A stretch of 64,000 nt of DNA from Amphiscolops sp. MND2022 (lineage: Eukaryota), in NCBI GenBank assembly GCA_964187785.1, contig OZ076409.1, positions 96,722,001-96,786,000 of the forward strand, read 5' to 3'. The translations under genes and the position numbers were made by a program. The first letter of the stretch is position 1; every line of letters starts with the position of its first letter. Of the stretch, positions 12,863 through 25,200 are shown piece after piece. A model generated the notes under the pieces. That model was given only the letters and a program-made list of their open reading frames with translations, had not been told where the DNA came from and searched no databases.

Positions 12863-14104
12863 GTTTTAATGTGAAGATTGAAACGTTGAAAATAATTTTT
12901 TATAGAGATCCTTTCAAGTTTTAGCTCTTGGGTAATGTCTTTGTTGATTTATGATAAAGAAAAAATACTGTTGATATCGTTCAATTAATCTTTCAAAATC
13001 GTCTGATGTAGGGTTTAGAAGTGAGCTAATTGGCGGAATGTAAAAATTGAAAGGATAAATTGTTTGATTGTATATGTTAGGGTTCATATAATTTGTATTG
13101 TAATTTGAAGTTATTTGGGATGTTAATAGTTTTGGCTAGAGAAGAAAGAAGCGGATGCAGTAGGATCTGTATTCAACCTCAAAGGGTTGCTAACAGAAAC
13201 TAAGTGTGATTTTAAGTCTGGATCTCTTTAAAGTGTCTAACATAAGGTTACTGACACGTCCAGAAACGCTAAGATTTTTTTAAAGTGGGTTGTGTGTTTT
13301 AAGACTAAGGGAGTGGAACTCTGAACAATCAACGTCCACTATCCAAAGTCTGCTCAATACTGATCAAGATCAAAGTTTGATCTTTGTTTCTTTTACTTTT
13401 ACTTTTACTTCCTGAGAATTTTGAAGATTCGAACGTAGTTCGGTGTACTCGCGATTCCCCTTAAAGACGTTTACACTTAACTAAGGTTTTTAGTCAGCCT
13501 TAGAATCAGAGTGAGCTGGTGAAACTGTCTGATTGTCTAAGTCTTACGGGAGGGGATAGGAATTGTGGGTGCCTGAAAGTAGAAAACTAACTTTACAGAG
13601 TCTGTGTTATTTACATGCCTTATTGTAGGTTTTAGGGCAAAAGAGTTGTGAGAATTGAATGTGGTATTTTGTTAAAATAATTGTTTTGTAGGATTATGTT
13701 AAAGTTATTGTTGTTGAAAATACTAGATATAAGATTAAGTGTAGATTGTTTTGTTATTTTTCCTGTGTTGTTTAAGTTTTGAATTTATTTGCATTGTTTA
13801 AAATTTGTGAAATTATTTGTATTGTTTGTCGACAATTGGAAAAGAAATGGAATAGTGCGTGGTTGTTTTTTGTAGATAGTCTTGGTTGCCTTTTTTTGTA
13901 TTCAGAGTCTATTTCTGAAAACTATTTTGTAGGAATTTTTTGTAGAAAATGGATCCGAAACGTAAAGGTAGAAAATCCAGGTTTTCTGCCAACACGAAGT
14001 TGATCTTGAGACGTATGTGCTTATAGGTGAGCGGAGCTGGACATGCACTCAGTCAACTGTTACACCAGGAGTCCACCTGACGTTCAAGTTAGCAGGATTG
14101 AAGA

Positions 14105-14440
14105 AAGTTGCTGTGTCAAAGGTGTTAGAAAACCTTGATAAACCAGACAAATGTTGCTGTGTCAAAGGTGTTAGAAAACCTTGATAAACCAGACAAACAT
14201 CAACGAACTGTTTCAACGAGCTTCCGGATTAGCTGTGATAAATCAGTATAGAGAACAGAACTCTGTCACTTGTGGATAAATCAGTCTGGAAAAAGAAGAG
14301 AAACAGAACTGTGTCACAATGGATATATCAGTCTGAAATGAAACCGTTTCAACGTTTTAGAAAACGTGATAAACCGGTATGGCAAGAAGAGCAGGAAGAA
14401 GAACCGTGTCAACGTGTTAGAAAACGTGATAAACCGGTAG
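14105..14440. repeat. Short tandem repeats in the 5' leader of the first element
   Basis: ttgctgtgtcaaaggtgttagaaaaccttgataaaccagacaaa occurs twice; caacgt(t/g)ttagaaaacgtgataaaccggta occurs twice. Confidence 0.8.
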
Positions 14441-14659
14441 TGAAGAAAATTTGTTGTATTTGAATTGATTGTTGTAGTGGAGAAATTGTATTTCTAACGA
14501 TGATGTATTTATTGTTGAAATTCAGAACGTCACAGACTAAATTTTCAAGAAATTCTAGAAAGATTTCACTGCAATACCAAAGAATTTCAAAGATGGAGAG
14601 TGATATTTGTATTATTGTTGAGAGAAGAGAAATCATCCAGGAGAAAAGGCAAGAAATTT

Positions 14660-14673
14660 TACAAGTCGCACCA
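14660..14673 (-). promoter_or_regulatory. Primer-binding site of the first element (TGGTGCGACTTG)
   Basis: TGG-initiated motif 3 nt downstream of the ..GCAGCACA LTR end. Cognate tRNA not identified. Confidence 0.6.
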
Positions 14674-14676
14674 AAT

Positions 14677-14945
14677 TGTGCTGCTTTTAATGGTTGGTTA
14701 TTTCTAGTGGTGGTATTATTCACAACTACTAAAAGCGGCTAAGAGACAGGCTAGCTAGCTACTTTTATTACAACTAGTTCGAGGTGTTAGAAGTGGAACA
14801 AAAAGGAAGTCAACCGAATACTGATTATTAGTTTTCTCTCTCTGAGGGAGTAGAGACTTACAGTCATTCAATAATAAATAAATGTACATTCTAGAACATT
14901 CTGTAAACATCTAAATACTATTGGTTATTAATGTAGGTCAGTACA
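14677..14945 (-). repeat. Putative 5' LTR (~270 bp) of the first element
   Basis: Minus strand runs TGTACTG...CAGCACA (TG..CA), contains AATAAA, is followed by a PBS, and abuts unrelated sequence at 14946. The second LTR is not in the window. Confidence 0.7.
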
Positions 14946-15300
14946 GCTGCCATTTGTTCGTTTGATGAGCTGGCTACATCCCTCTTCGCATACACGTTTG
15001 TTTTCGATGACTTGTCCAGTAGCTTTGTTGTTTTGTTGTGGTGTGCGCAGTTTCTTTGATATTCTTCGCTGCTTGTGTGTCGAAGAGTCCTTCCAATTTT
15101 GAGCCTCCAGCTCGTTGTGCACCAGAATTGTTGAGTCCAAGTTCGCCAGGAAGTCGGATGGTTGAAGTTGGAGGTTGGGTTTCGCTCCTGAAAGATCCAT
15201 TAACTTTCCCACTGCAATGGATTTACTGTATTGGGCTCTCTTTCCAACTGTTTTTCGAATCGTGATTTCCCGTCCTTTTTAAAGAATGCCGAAAAATTCT
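14946..15300 (-). pseudogene. Relic of another Gypsy-like pol C-terminus interrupted by the first element
   Basis: Frameshifted DFLANLDSTILV / RAGGSKLEGLFD..IKETAHT resembles post-integrase tails. Confidence 0.4.
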
Positions 15301-16631
15301 TAATGCTACCAGGTCGTTCAGCAACCCTCTGAAAGAAACAATTTTTGTTTTAAACCGAAAAATACGCATTTTAAGTGGAAAATGATGATAAAGAAAAGTT
15401 CACTGGCAAGCATGATGGAGCGCGTGATTTGAATATTCAAAATTCGTTGTAGAATTTAAAAAATGTTCCACCGATGGAAACAAGATTGGCAGCTCCTCTG
15501 GTGGCCACCGGTGGTTTGCGATGGTGTACCAGTACTGGGTATGCGGCAAAAGCTGTGTAAACAACTTCGTACAAGCTCATTTAAACATTTTTCGCCCTAG
15601 TGCTTAGTGTACTATGGTGTGGCTATGCTTCGGACATGACAGGGTTATATCAATTTTTTTCCAGCTAATTCAAAGACTCATGCAAATATTCCATCAGGTG
15701 TCCCAGCCAAGAAAGTTCAATTTACTTGATTGGATATAATAGACATTTCATCAGACAAACTACTCTGAAGACATTTTCTTGTATCAAAACTACTTCGTGG
15801 AGACAGAGAATGATCTTACCAGCAAACAACAACACGTGTCACAGCAGAGATTAGTGACAAAAAAGTCTTCAAATTGTAATACATTCATAAACGTGACAAA
15901 ACCAAACACTCACATGCAATGATACATTGCTCAAAACAGTTTTTTTCGTCAAGCAATCATTCCGTTGTTTAGAGATGGAAGTTTGAAAGTCGTAGTTAGA
16001 CAACTTTCAGAGCTAAAAACGATGCAATTATGCAAATCCTAGCTTTTCAAATCAACACATCGATTTTTCTCTAGACAGAACGACTGGCTGAAGTGACAAA
16101 TCATATCAAATCGAAAAAGAACTCAAATTGGGAGCACTCATATATTGTCAAAAGCGACAGTTGGAGTTGATTTTGTATATAAAAGCACAAAACAAGTAAT
16201 TCTCATCTGATATTGGTTTTTTTTCGAATGGATAAATTACTGACAGTCTGCTATAAATTTGTGTTTAACCATGGGATTTCGCGGATGGATCTTTATGTAT
16301 TGATCGTTAACTGATTGTTAGGCGAGTTTGTTGAAGCTTTTATGGACTACAAAGTTTTCTGCATAGATAACCTGTTTGAAATGGTTTGAACAATTGACCA
16401 GTCTTCTCAGGTTGCCATGCAAATTTCCCAAGGCTTGATTCTAATTATTCGATTCCAAAACCAAGTTTTAATTTACTTTTATCAAGCTGCCTGAATGATA
16501 CATCCTGAATTTGGCGGCAATAACTTTTTTTCAAGTTTCAATGTTCAGTAATTTTTATTTAGATGCGGTGTGGTGATTATATAATTTGAGAACTTGAGAA
16601 TCTAAAATGCGAAAACAAAGCTATGAAGACA

Positions 16632-18345
16632 CCCAGGTTTTGGATCTATGGTAATCTGTGCAGATCTGAATCATCTTTGCAGAACTTTGCTGATACGTGC
16701 AGATGATCTATGTGCAGAAAAAAATGACCTAATCAGAAACATAATAGGAACCTCACAGAAATGTCAACCGAACAAAAGAAGTATTTAGTACTGGTGAGAA
16801 ATTTCATTTATGTCAAAGTCATGGAAAATGCTTCTGCAGCAATCTGTACAGTTCTGACGAAAACAGATACCAGATAACCCCTAAAGACAATACCGCAATC
16901 TTATTGCCCTCAGGAGTTCTCCCATTGTGAGAGGACCAAAACGGTCTTGCGAACTACAAACCAATCCTTATACAGGCAATTTTGTTGTCATACTTTTTTT
17001 TTCATAAATTGTTACGGCATACAAGTTAAATTGGCAAAGTAATCATTTTTCATATTAATACAAACCAGTAGTATGCACTGTAGTATTAATATTTAAAGCG
17101 ATAATTGTGTTAATGTAAAAGATCAAACTAACATGCTTGATGGTAAGAACCCGGAGGACAAGAAGAATCCACAAAGATAAATTGCTTTCAACATTTGCTA
17201 ATTGTGACACTTCTGATATAGTTGCCGTTGTTATTTTCCGCCCACACAAATGGGGGAGGAAAATTGTGATCTGTGTTGCGTTTTTTTTCCAAATTTTTCC
17301 ATAACTCCACTCTTCACTTCATTCTTCTCACTTTGTTACTTGACTATTGTTTAGTCACTTGACTATTTTATTAGCGGAAAATATCCCGGTGCTTAGCAGG
17401 CGTCTTGTTATGAACTCATTGTTTGTTTCTTAGATTGCAAAGGTTTCTTAGATTACCTTCAACAGGAAAGCAGAAATCTAAAGAAAACGCTCCAGGTAAT
17501 CGGACGTGATGTTCGACTTAGAAAATAGGAACCTTATGTTAGGAGCATATACAAGGAATGAAAAAGATAGCAACCAGGAAGATAGAAATGTAGAAGAGAA
17601 CCTTGGGTCAATTGATATTCAATGAGATGTCAACCCAAAAAGTGAGGATTTTAGATTTCCGTTGAACACGAATAGTCGACAATTTAGTGAAATTACTATT
17701 GAGACTGCAAGATGATAAAATGCGAGGTTTCTAGTCATTTCTAATTCCCCAATATCACTTCGAAATCATGTGATTGAAGTCACTACGTAAGAGAGGACTC
17801 TATGGATTCCAGCACAGTGAGAACGATTATGAAATTTACAGAACTCTGCAGATTTATCGAAAAACCTCAATATACAGATCTTTATAGAGCCAAAAAATGG
17901 CCAATAAGTTACGGTAACTTATTCCGAGTTACCAGCATTTTCTAGATTACTCCAAAAAACTATGTTCCCGAAATATTACAACAACAGCACTTTATCAACA
18001 CCTCTACCAACCCAAACGGTTCCGTGTCTAATTTTATCCGCCAGAACGAAGTCAATATGTCAAATGAGCCTCTCAAAGCAAAGTTCAATAATCATTTCTG
18101 GAAAGATCAACTGAAATGGATAAATAATCGTGTAAAACCAATATAAAACCAGATACCAAATTTACCGTCATGGGGAAAAGCTTTCCTGCTTGAGAAGTCT
18201 AAAAATGCAGTACATTGGTTCCCTAGAAGCTGCACAAATACATGTTACTGCAAAAATCTTCAAAGAAAATCGGCATCTTCTGTAGAGATTCTGCAGATGT
18301 GTAAATTTCAGATTTGCACAGACTCGCAAAGATCAAAAACCTAGG
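16632..18345. mobile_element. Non-autonomous TIR element (CCC..GG ends, CA dinucleotide on both flanks)
   Basis: cccaggttttggatct at 16632 versus agatcaaaaacctagg ending at 18345. tgcaga-rich subterminal motifs at both ends. Confidence 0.55.
17445..17740 (+). pseudogene. Relic of the LTR-encoded gag N-terminus from a related Gypsy family
   Basis: Decayed PSTGKQKSKE..SDVMFDLENRNLMLG..SEDFRF.LNTNSR..SEITIETAR parallels MPSTRRQK..DMLSDYGNMDVMLG..QDFQSF.NRENSS at 20523. Confidence 0.55.
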
Positions 18346-18692
18346 CATTGCAGCAGTGAAAGGGTTTCAGTTTCGATTGAAATAGTGGACTCTGCATTTT
18401 TTCCTAAAAAGATTATACAAATTTAAACAAAAGTTAGCATTGTGTGCATAAAAGAGAAAGAAGAATCTCCCATTTAGTTCTACTAGGGTACAGCACATTG
18501 TGCTTCGTTTTCGAATGTGCTGCGTGAATGAACTGTTGCACTTGGGGCTTATGTAGGAATTTGTTTATGTTCTTTTGTTTCTTATAAACCCAAGTACAAA
18601 CTGATTTCAGGTCGTTCCTGCTGATTTTACCAGGCTTGATGTTACCAGGTTAGAGTGATAGACCCAAGGTCCCCATCTTTCCTCATTCTCGG

Positions 18693-19172
18693 CTTTTTAG
18701 TCGACGCTTTTCGTAGAAAAGCACAGACGTTAGTAGTGATTTTTCTTTTTTCTTTTTTCAAGACCAACGAAGTGACAGATTTCATAAGCTTCATAATCTG
18801 GCTTCCACTAACTGCCACGCTAATGTAGCTTCTTCTGCTTCTGATTTTTGAGGAGTTTTGTGAGGTCTGCCAAGCAGAAGGACGTGAGTTCGAGTTTTTT
18901 AAAGTCTCCAAAGGGTACCCCCTTCAATTTTTTCTATTTTGCAAATGAATGGATGTTCAAAAACTCCCAAAGGCCCCCTCTCACATTTTTCGGTACTATG
19001 CGACTTACCGGAGACCAAAAAAAATTCGAATAATTTTTTTTTAATTTGGATTTTTTTTTTCAATTTTTTCCTCATGCGGGTACTGTAGAAGAGAATACTT
19101 GACACCTTTGAATTTCTTTTGCTACTTTTGAGCCTTAGATATGGCACCGACTCGTGCCGTTCCCGGCTTGTT
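18693..19172. mobile_element. Dispersed repeat, DINE-1/Helentron-like non-autonomous family (copy 1)
   Basis: Shares ttttagtcg(a/g)cgcttttcgta..cagac hairpin end and agccttagatatggc..ccgttcccggcttgtt end with the copies at ~35410 and ~44285. Confidence 0.6.
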
Positions 19173-19448
19173 TATAAATGATCATGGCTGTTTTATGGCA
19201 TTATATTCGAATCAAGGTCAATCATCCTTGGTGGTTTTCACTATATTCGAATCATGGCTATTCATCCATTATCATGGCCGTGATACAACCCCATGATTCA
19301 TCCATTAGAATCCATGACATAAAAATACACGCTTTGTTAATCATGGAAGCTTTTAGCAAGTCTGTGATAATTTATTCATAAGAACCAATCAAGACCAGTT
19401 CAATTGAACAAATTTTCTTTACAAGAATGTTTCCCCGCGGAAAACGGG

Positions 19449-21083
19449 TATCACAGGCTGCCGCCTGCGACGGCAACTTCTATACAATCGACGCAAGCAG
19501 ATAAAACGCCCTACCTGGCACATTGCCATTACAATGAAACTTTCAATTTAAAGGTAATAATTTTGGAACATTTAGTTATGGTATTTATATTGTTTGTAAT
19601 ACATGTAAATGTAGTGGATATTTTGTGTGCTTAATATTTGACAACAAGCTATACTGACAGGCAGAAAGGAAACGAGTTCAAATGTCTGCCTGTTCGGTAT
19701 AGCTAACATATTGACCAATCACAGCCGTGCTAATTTCATTCACAATTGCTGTACGTTATTTGTATTTACTCGGAAAGGACTAGTTCGGCCACTCGACAAG
19801 GCCGGTCGAAATCATCTTGTTGCTATACTATATTGCTGATTGAATAAATAAAGTAAGGACGGACTCGGCTTACGAGTTAATTAGTCCTATCGGAAGAAGT
19901 AGTGACGCTTTTATATAACTGGAAACAAGGCCAAGTACGGCCGTTTGCCAAGATGAGCGCTACTTAACTTTGATCATGATACGAGATGATGCTACATTTA
20001 TACGTCAATATATGAAATACATGTAAAGTTTCCTTCCGATGTATGGATATAATCGGAGGGAGAGTGTTATGACATTACCCGAGATGGATATAGTTGAAAT
20101 AGCCCTTATGGCGTTTGACCATGTAGGTCCTACATATATTCAACGCGCATGAAATGTTATGTATACATGAAATCTGTGAAAATACACAAGTCATTGAATC
20201 AACGCGTCCCGCCATGACCTAATTGGGTGCTTTGAACTTGCCGCCCCTTCAGGTGCTTAGTGACGTAATGATACTATTTATAGCAATGAGGTAACTATTT
20301 TTAGCCTGAGTGCTATTTATAGCATCATGCCCATCAAAACTATGAGTGTCACGGTAACTCAGGTATAAATACGCCCAAGTTATCCCTGACACAACAATTA
20401 TCTAAAAAATACGGTTACTGTTCAGTTGCTCTTATACTCATTGTACAAGATTTGCTGTGAAACCCAACGTTACATTGTCCACAGGAACAATTCAAATATT
20501 TACTCCTGGATAAACATTTTCAATGCCTTCTACAAGGAGACAAAAGGTTAAGACCAGGAAATCGATGGAATTAGATATGTTGTCCGACTATGGCAACATG
20601 GACGTAATGTTAGGCGAGAGAAACTCCAACTCTATAGAAAGGGAACGAGACAGCCTCATTAATGCCCCTGAAGGGCAACAGGACTTTCAGTCCTTTTCAA
20701 ATAGAGAAAACTCATCTCAAGAACATGAGATTAGGAACATTGATAGCAGAAATGAACCTGTTAAGGAAAGTAGACTAATGGAGTCAATCAACATGCTATC
20801 AGGGGAAATGATGCTAGAATGTCACGTGAAATGGAGGCTATGATGGACCTGATGCAATCGCAAATTAGCAGGGCAATTAGTTCTGCCATAAGCGAGAGGA
20901 TTATTCCAGAAATACAAAACATGGTAGAAAACTTGCCTTTGAGTCAACATGGCGTTGAGCCGTGTACGTCCACAAATGAGGAACGAATCAGAAGTGCATG
21001 GAAGAATACAAATACAAGATTAACAAAAAAGGATTCAAGGTCCGCTTGTGATGTAAGAGAGCATACGGACAATAGTCCTTACA
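19449..21083 (+). repeat. 5' LTR (TA..CA; initial TG mutated)
   Basis: Near-identical to 33647-35276 (about 30 differences counted by eye). TATAAA at 20364. Confidence 0.97.
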
Positions 21084-21097
21084 TGGTGACAAGAGTT
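21084..21097 (+). promoter_or_regulatory. Primer-binding site TGGTGACAAGAG
   Basis: TGG motif directly after the LTR-terminal CA; loosely similar to tRNA-Leu-type PBS. Confidence 0.75.
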
Positions 21098-22215
21098 GAC
21101 GAACTCCAACAGCCGATTCCTGAATTCCTCACAGGACGAATTCACTCTCAGCCAGACCTCCAAAGACAAGAATCTACTCATGATACAACTCTGAATTCAA
21201 CTCTACCAATAACAGAGCCCGTTCCGACAGAACAGCCATTGGACCCTATCAACCGATTAGCAGATGTCCTGGTAAACCTCCAAAATAAACCACACTCGAT
21301 GACAATTAGACCAGTCACGACGAACCCCATGACATTTGACGGCAAAACAGAAAAATTCGAATTTTTTGAAGATTTATTTCATACAATGATAAAGATGCAG
21401 CCCGCTATGACTGAACAAATGAAAATAAACCATTTTCATTCCCTGCTCAGAAAAGGAGCACTGCAAACTTTCCGAAATATAAACTCCATAAACCGTCAAA
21501 CATTAGAGGACGTATTGGTCATATTCCGCAGAAAGTACGTCAAACCTGAGTCCCAGGCCACAGCTAAACATAAGTGGCATAGGCTCGCCTTTGATCCCAA
21601 CACGATGAAATTATCCAATTTTCTCGAAGAACTCAACCAGGGTGCCGAGAAAGCTTTCGGGGAAAACGCCAAAAGCATGATCGAGAGCCTCTTATACGCC
21701 AAATTACCCCCAAAACTCAAGAGATCAGTGAATATGGCCCGACTGGAAAATGGGACCTACGAGGAGATTGTGGCACATCTGGAAAGAGAACTCGAATTAA
21801 ACGCATTAGAAGAATCTGACGACCTACCCATTGCTACAATGGCTTCGTGGTCCAGCAAATCCCGAAACTTACTATCCAACGGCATTGACACCAACAAAAA
21901 CAATCAATGCTCATACTGCAAGGCAGAAGAACATTTCTGGAAAAACTGTCCAAAACTCAAAAAGAAGAAGGAAAGCGAGGCCAAAAACGGTAGGAAGCCT
22001 CAGCGCACAAATTATCCAGAATGTCCCACCTGCAGCAAAACCAATCACCCAGCAGAGAATTGTTGGCGTGGTGCTGGTGCCCATCTTCGTCCAAAAAGAA
22101 ATAGACAAGACTCCTCCAAAGATACGGAGCCCTCTGAAGACGAAGGCACTCGCACCAAGAATGAAAAATCCACAACGTCCTCATCAGGCCAATCGAATTC
22201 CAAAAAGCCTGAATC

Positions 22216-22222
22216 AAAAAAC
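22216..22222 (+). promoter_or_regulatory. -1 ribosomal frameshift slippery heptamer A AAA AAC
   Basis: tcA AAA AAC taa at the gag stop. Pol ORFs 22228, 22612 and 24166 all lie in the -1 frame relative to gag. Confidence 0.8.
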
Positions 22223-25200
22223 TAATATTGCCACGACTCCAAATCTCTGATCAAATGTCGATACGACAATATGTCATATCAGACCCAGCTAATATCGCCT
22301 ACAAGCAATCACAAAAGGACATCACATGGACCCCATCGACTGTCTGGCAGCAGCAGATGGTGGAAGCCTGTACTCAAACTCAATACATTATTCACAGTGA
22401 CCACCCATATCTATATTGACGTAATAACCTCACTAAAGACTCAGAAACCCAATTCCGACCCTCACAAACTGTCGAAGACTACAACCCCCAAAACTACGAC
22501 CCCGAGTACGGCAAAGACCCGTACTGGGATGATGATATATACGATAAACACAATTTACAATTTCGGAATGATGACTACCCGCCAACACATGATGAGGATG
22601 ACCCTGACATTGTGGACAATATACTGTCCCGGGCACTTATCGAACCGTGGCAACCAAATTTTGATGCAATCAAAGATCAGCCACATGCAGAAGAGACACA
22701 TGCCACACCTGGCCTCCTCGAAGAGACAGCCTTCATACATGTCCTTGTAACTAAAGAGGGAGAACCAGCGTATATACCCTTATCCACAAACCTCGGACTC
22801 AAATACAAAAAACGGATGCTATATTTCCCGATGGACTTTGGGGAACTAACCATAGACGGCCTCATAGACACTGGAGCTCACTCCAGCGCAATACCGGAAG
22901 CAGACCTCAGGAAAACACGCCTATTGGCTCCCCAATCCATAGTCAAAGAGGGACCTGCCCAGACGTTTCAAATTATGGTCGCAAACGGACAATTGGAAAC
23001 CCCAAAGAGCACTGTTGAACTCAAGTTCGAAGTCGGAGATATCGAATTCCATGAAATATTTATAGTAATGGAAAAACTGACTGGCCCTATCATAGGACTA
23101 ATGTTCCTCCAGAGGAATCATACAGTACAGGACATGCGACAAGGCATTCTCAATTTCCCATATTTCTCGATGCAACTCAAAACGGCTGACCATAAATACT
23201 CCAACGTACTGGAACCAATACTTAACCCAGACGATATCACAATACCACCCAATGACCGTACTTTGGTAGAGATCAAATCCCAAACCTACAATGAAAACAC
23301 GGTCACAGGAGTGCTGCAACCCAGTGATCTCCTCCATGAAGAAGGCGACATCACATTCGGTGCCGCAATAGTCACATTGACTAGTGGAACCGTCAACGTT
23401 CATATCAACAACTTCACAGACCAACCGTACAAGCTTAAAAAGGGACTACACATAGCAAACTTTTCTGTAATAACACCGGAACAGATGAAACACGTCAAAC
23501 CAATTGACCCGCTGTCCACATCGCATCTCCTCAATGAAAACGAAAAGGATGCGATCTACTATGTCAGTAGTCTACTCAAAGCTAACCGGAACAATGACCA
23601 ATATGAGCAGTACTGGTTTCCAACGTCAGAAAACCCAGGGGACGAAGATTCCCATACTCCCATCCAACGACGAATTCTTCAAAAATTACGAAACCTCCAA
23701 GAAGCTGAACAATTGAACCCTCAGAATGATGATGAGTCACGCCGCAAATTCCTTAGCAATTTCGACTGGAAAGACTCCATGCTGCAACAACATGAAATCA
23801 AAAAGATTGAATCGCTTTTAGTCGAATACCATGACATATTCGCAGGACACAGATTTGACATCGGAATGAATGAAGAATTCACAGTCAAACTGACCACCAA
23901 GGACGATTCGCCCGCTTACAGCCAATGTCTTCCAACTCCAGTCATTTAAAGAGAAGACACACTCGTCGAACTGGCCCTCTTAAACAAATATGGCATAATC
24001 ACTACACTGCCATTTTCGAAATACGCCAGTCCCATATTTGCACAGAAAAAGCCGAATGGGAAGCTAAGACTACTAGTCGAACTGAGGAAAATTAACAACC
24101 TCATTTCGGAAGACTATATAAACAACAATCATCCAGTTAGCACCCTAACGGACGCTGCACAACATATGGCAGGAAACAAACTGTTCTGTAAACTTGACTG
24201 TTCACAGGCATACCACTGCCTACCAATGGCGGACCAAAGGTCCGTTGAGATGCTTGCGTTCAATTTTGCAAGCCGCACCTTTGCGTACAGACGACTTGCT
24301 CAGGGCCTTAGCAGGGCATTATCAGCCTTTTCAAGTTTTATGAGGAAATACCTCGATAAAGTTATCAAAGCTGATCAATGTGCTCAATATGTCGACGACA
24401 TTGGCATAGCCGCCAACGACACGGATCATCTCATCAAAACATTGAAAGCAATCTTTGAGTGTATTAGACATGCGGGCCTTAAACTAACAATGCAAAAATG
24501 TCACTTCGGGGCAACGGAAATTGATTTCTCGGGAAGAACAATTACTCCGGAGGGAGTCAAACCACAAAAGGAGCGAATAACAAACTTCCTAGAAAAAACC
24601 AAATTCCCCAAATCTAAAAAAGCTCTGCAAAGATATCTTGGTTTCCTCAATTATTACAGGAATTATATCCCAAGATTATCTGAAAAATTAGCTCCCTTCT
24701 TCCAACTCCTCAAAAAAGACGAAAAAGTCCTGGTGACTACAGAACTATTACAACAGTTCAATGAAATCAATCGGGACCTCGACAAATGTTGCCAATTGGC
24801 CCTGAAGCAACCTTTGCCAAACAAGCAACTGGTCCTGATGATAGACGCTAGTTTCACAGCGGCCGGCTACGCCACACTTACCGAGAACGACCCAAACCAG
24901 AAATATTCATCTGTCAAAAAATCATACGCTCCAATTGCATATGGCTCAAAAACTTTTACACCATCGCAACTCAAAATGTCCATATACGCCAAGGAATTCT
25001 TAGCGATTTATTACGCATTCAAAGAATTTGGACATATTTTCTGGGGAGCCCCCAAACCGATTACTATCCTAACGGACAACAAATCGGTCACAAGATTCTT
25101 CCAGACGAAGATAATCCCTCCAACACTCTGGAATGCATGTGACTATGGAATACAATTCAATTTTGTCATAGCACATATACCAGGGAAAAACAACACAGCA

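Larger units (their letters stand above)
1..14945 (-). mobile_element. Degenerate env-bearing Ty3/Gypsy LTR retrotransposon (3' end lies outside the window)
   Basis: Minus-strand order LTR-PBS-leader-gag-PR-RT-RNaseH-IN-ORF-env. Many stops and frameshifts. RT before IN is the Gypsy order. Confidence 0.92.
20523..22225 (+). pseudogene. gag: gag (~567 aa) starting inside the LTR, with a 1-bp deletion near 20810
   Basis: ORFs 20523-20843 and 20819-22225 are joined in the 3' LTR copy (GEMNARMSREME). TFDGKTEKFE capsid motif; two CCHC knuckles (CSYCKAEEHFWKNC, CPTCSKTNHPAENC). Confidence 0.93.

Noticed and set aside
17055..17249. Host exon on the minus strand
   Set aside because: Short, no recognisable domain, and lies within a putative MITE.
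23230..23470. dUTPase in the PR-RT spacer of the second element
   Set aside because: Beta-rich spacer common in Gypsy pol; conserved dUTPase motifs are not evident.
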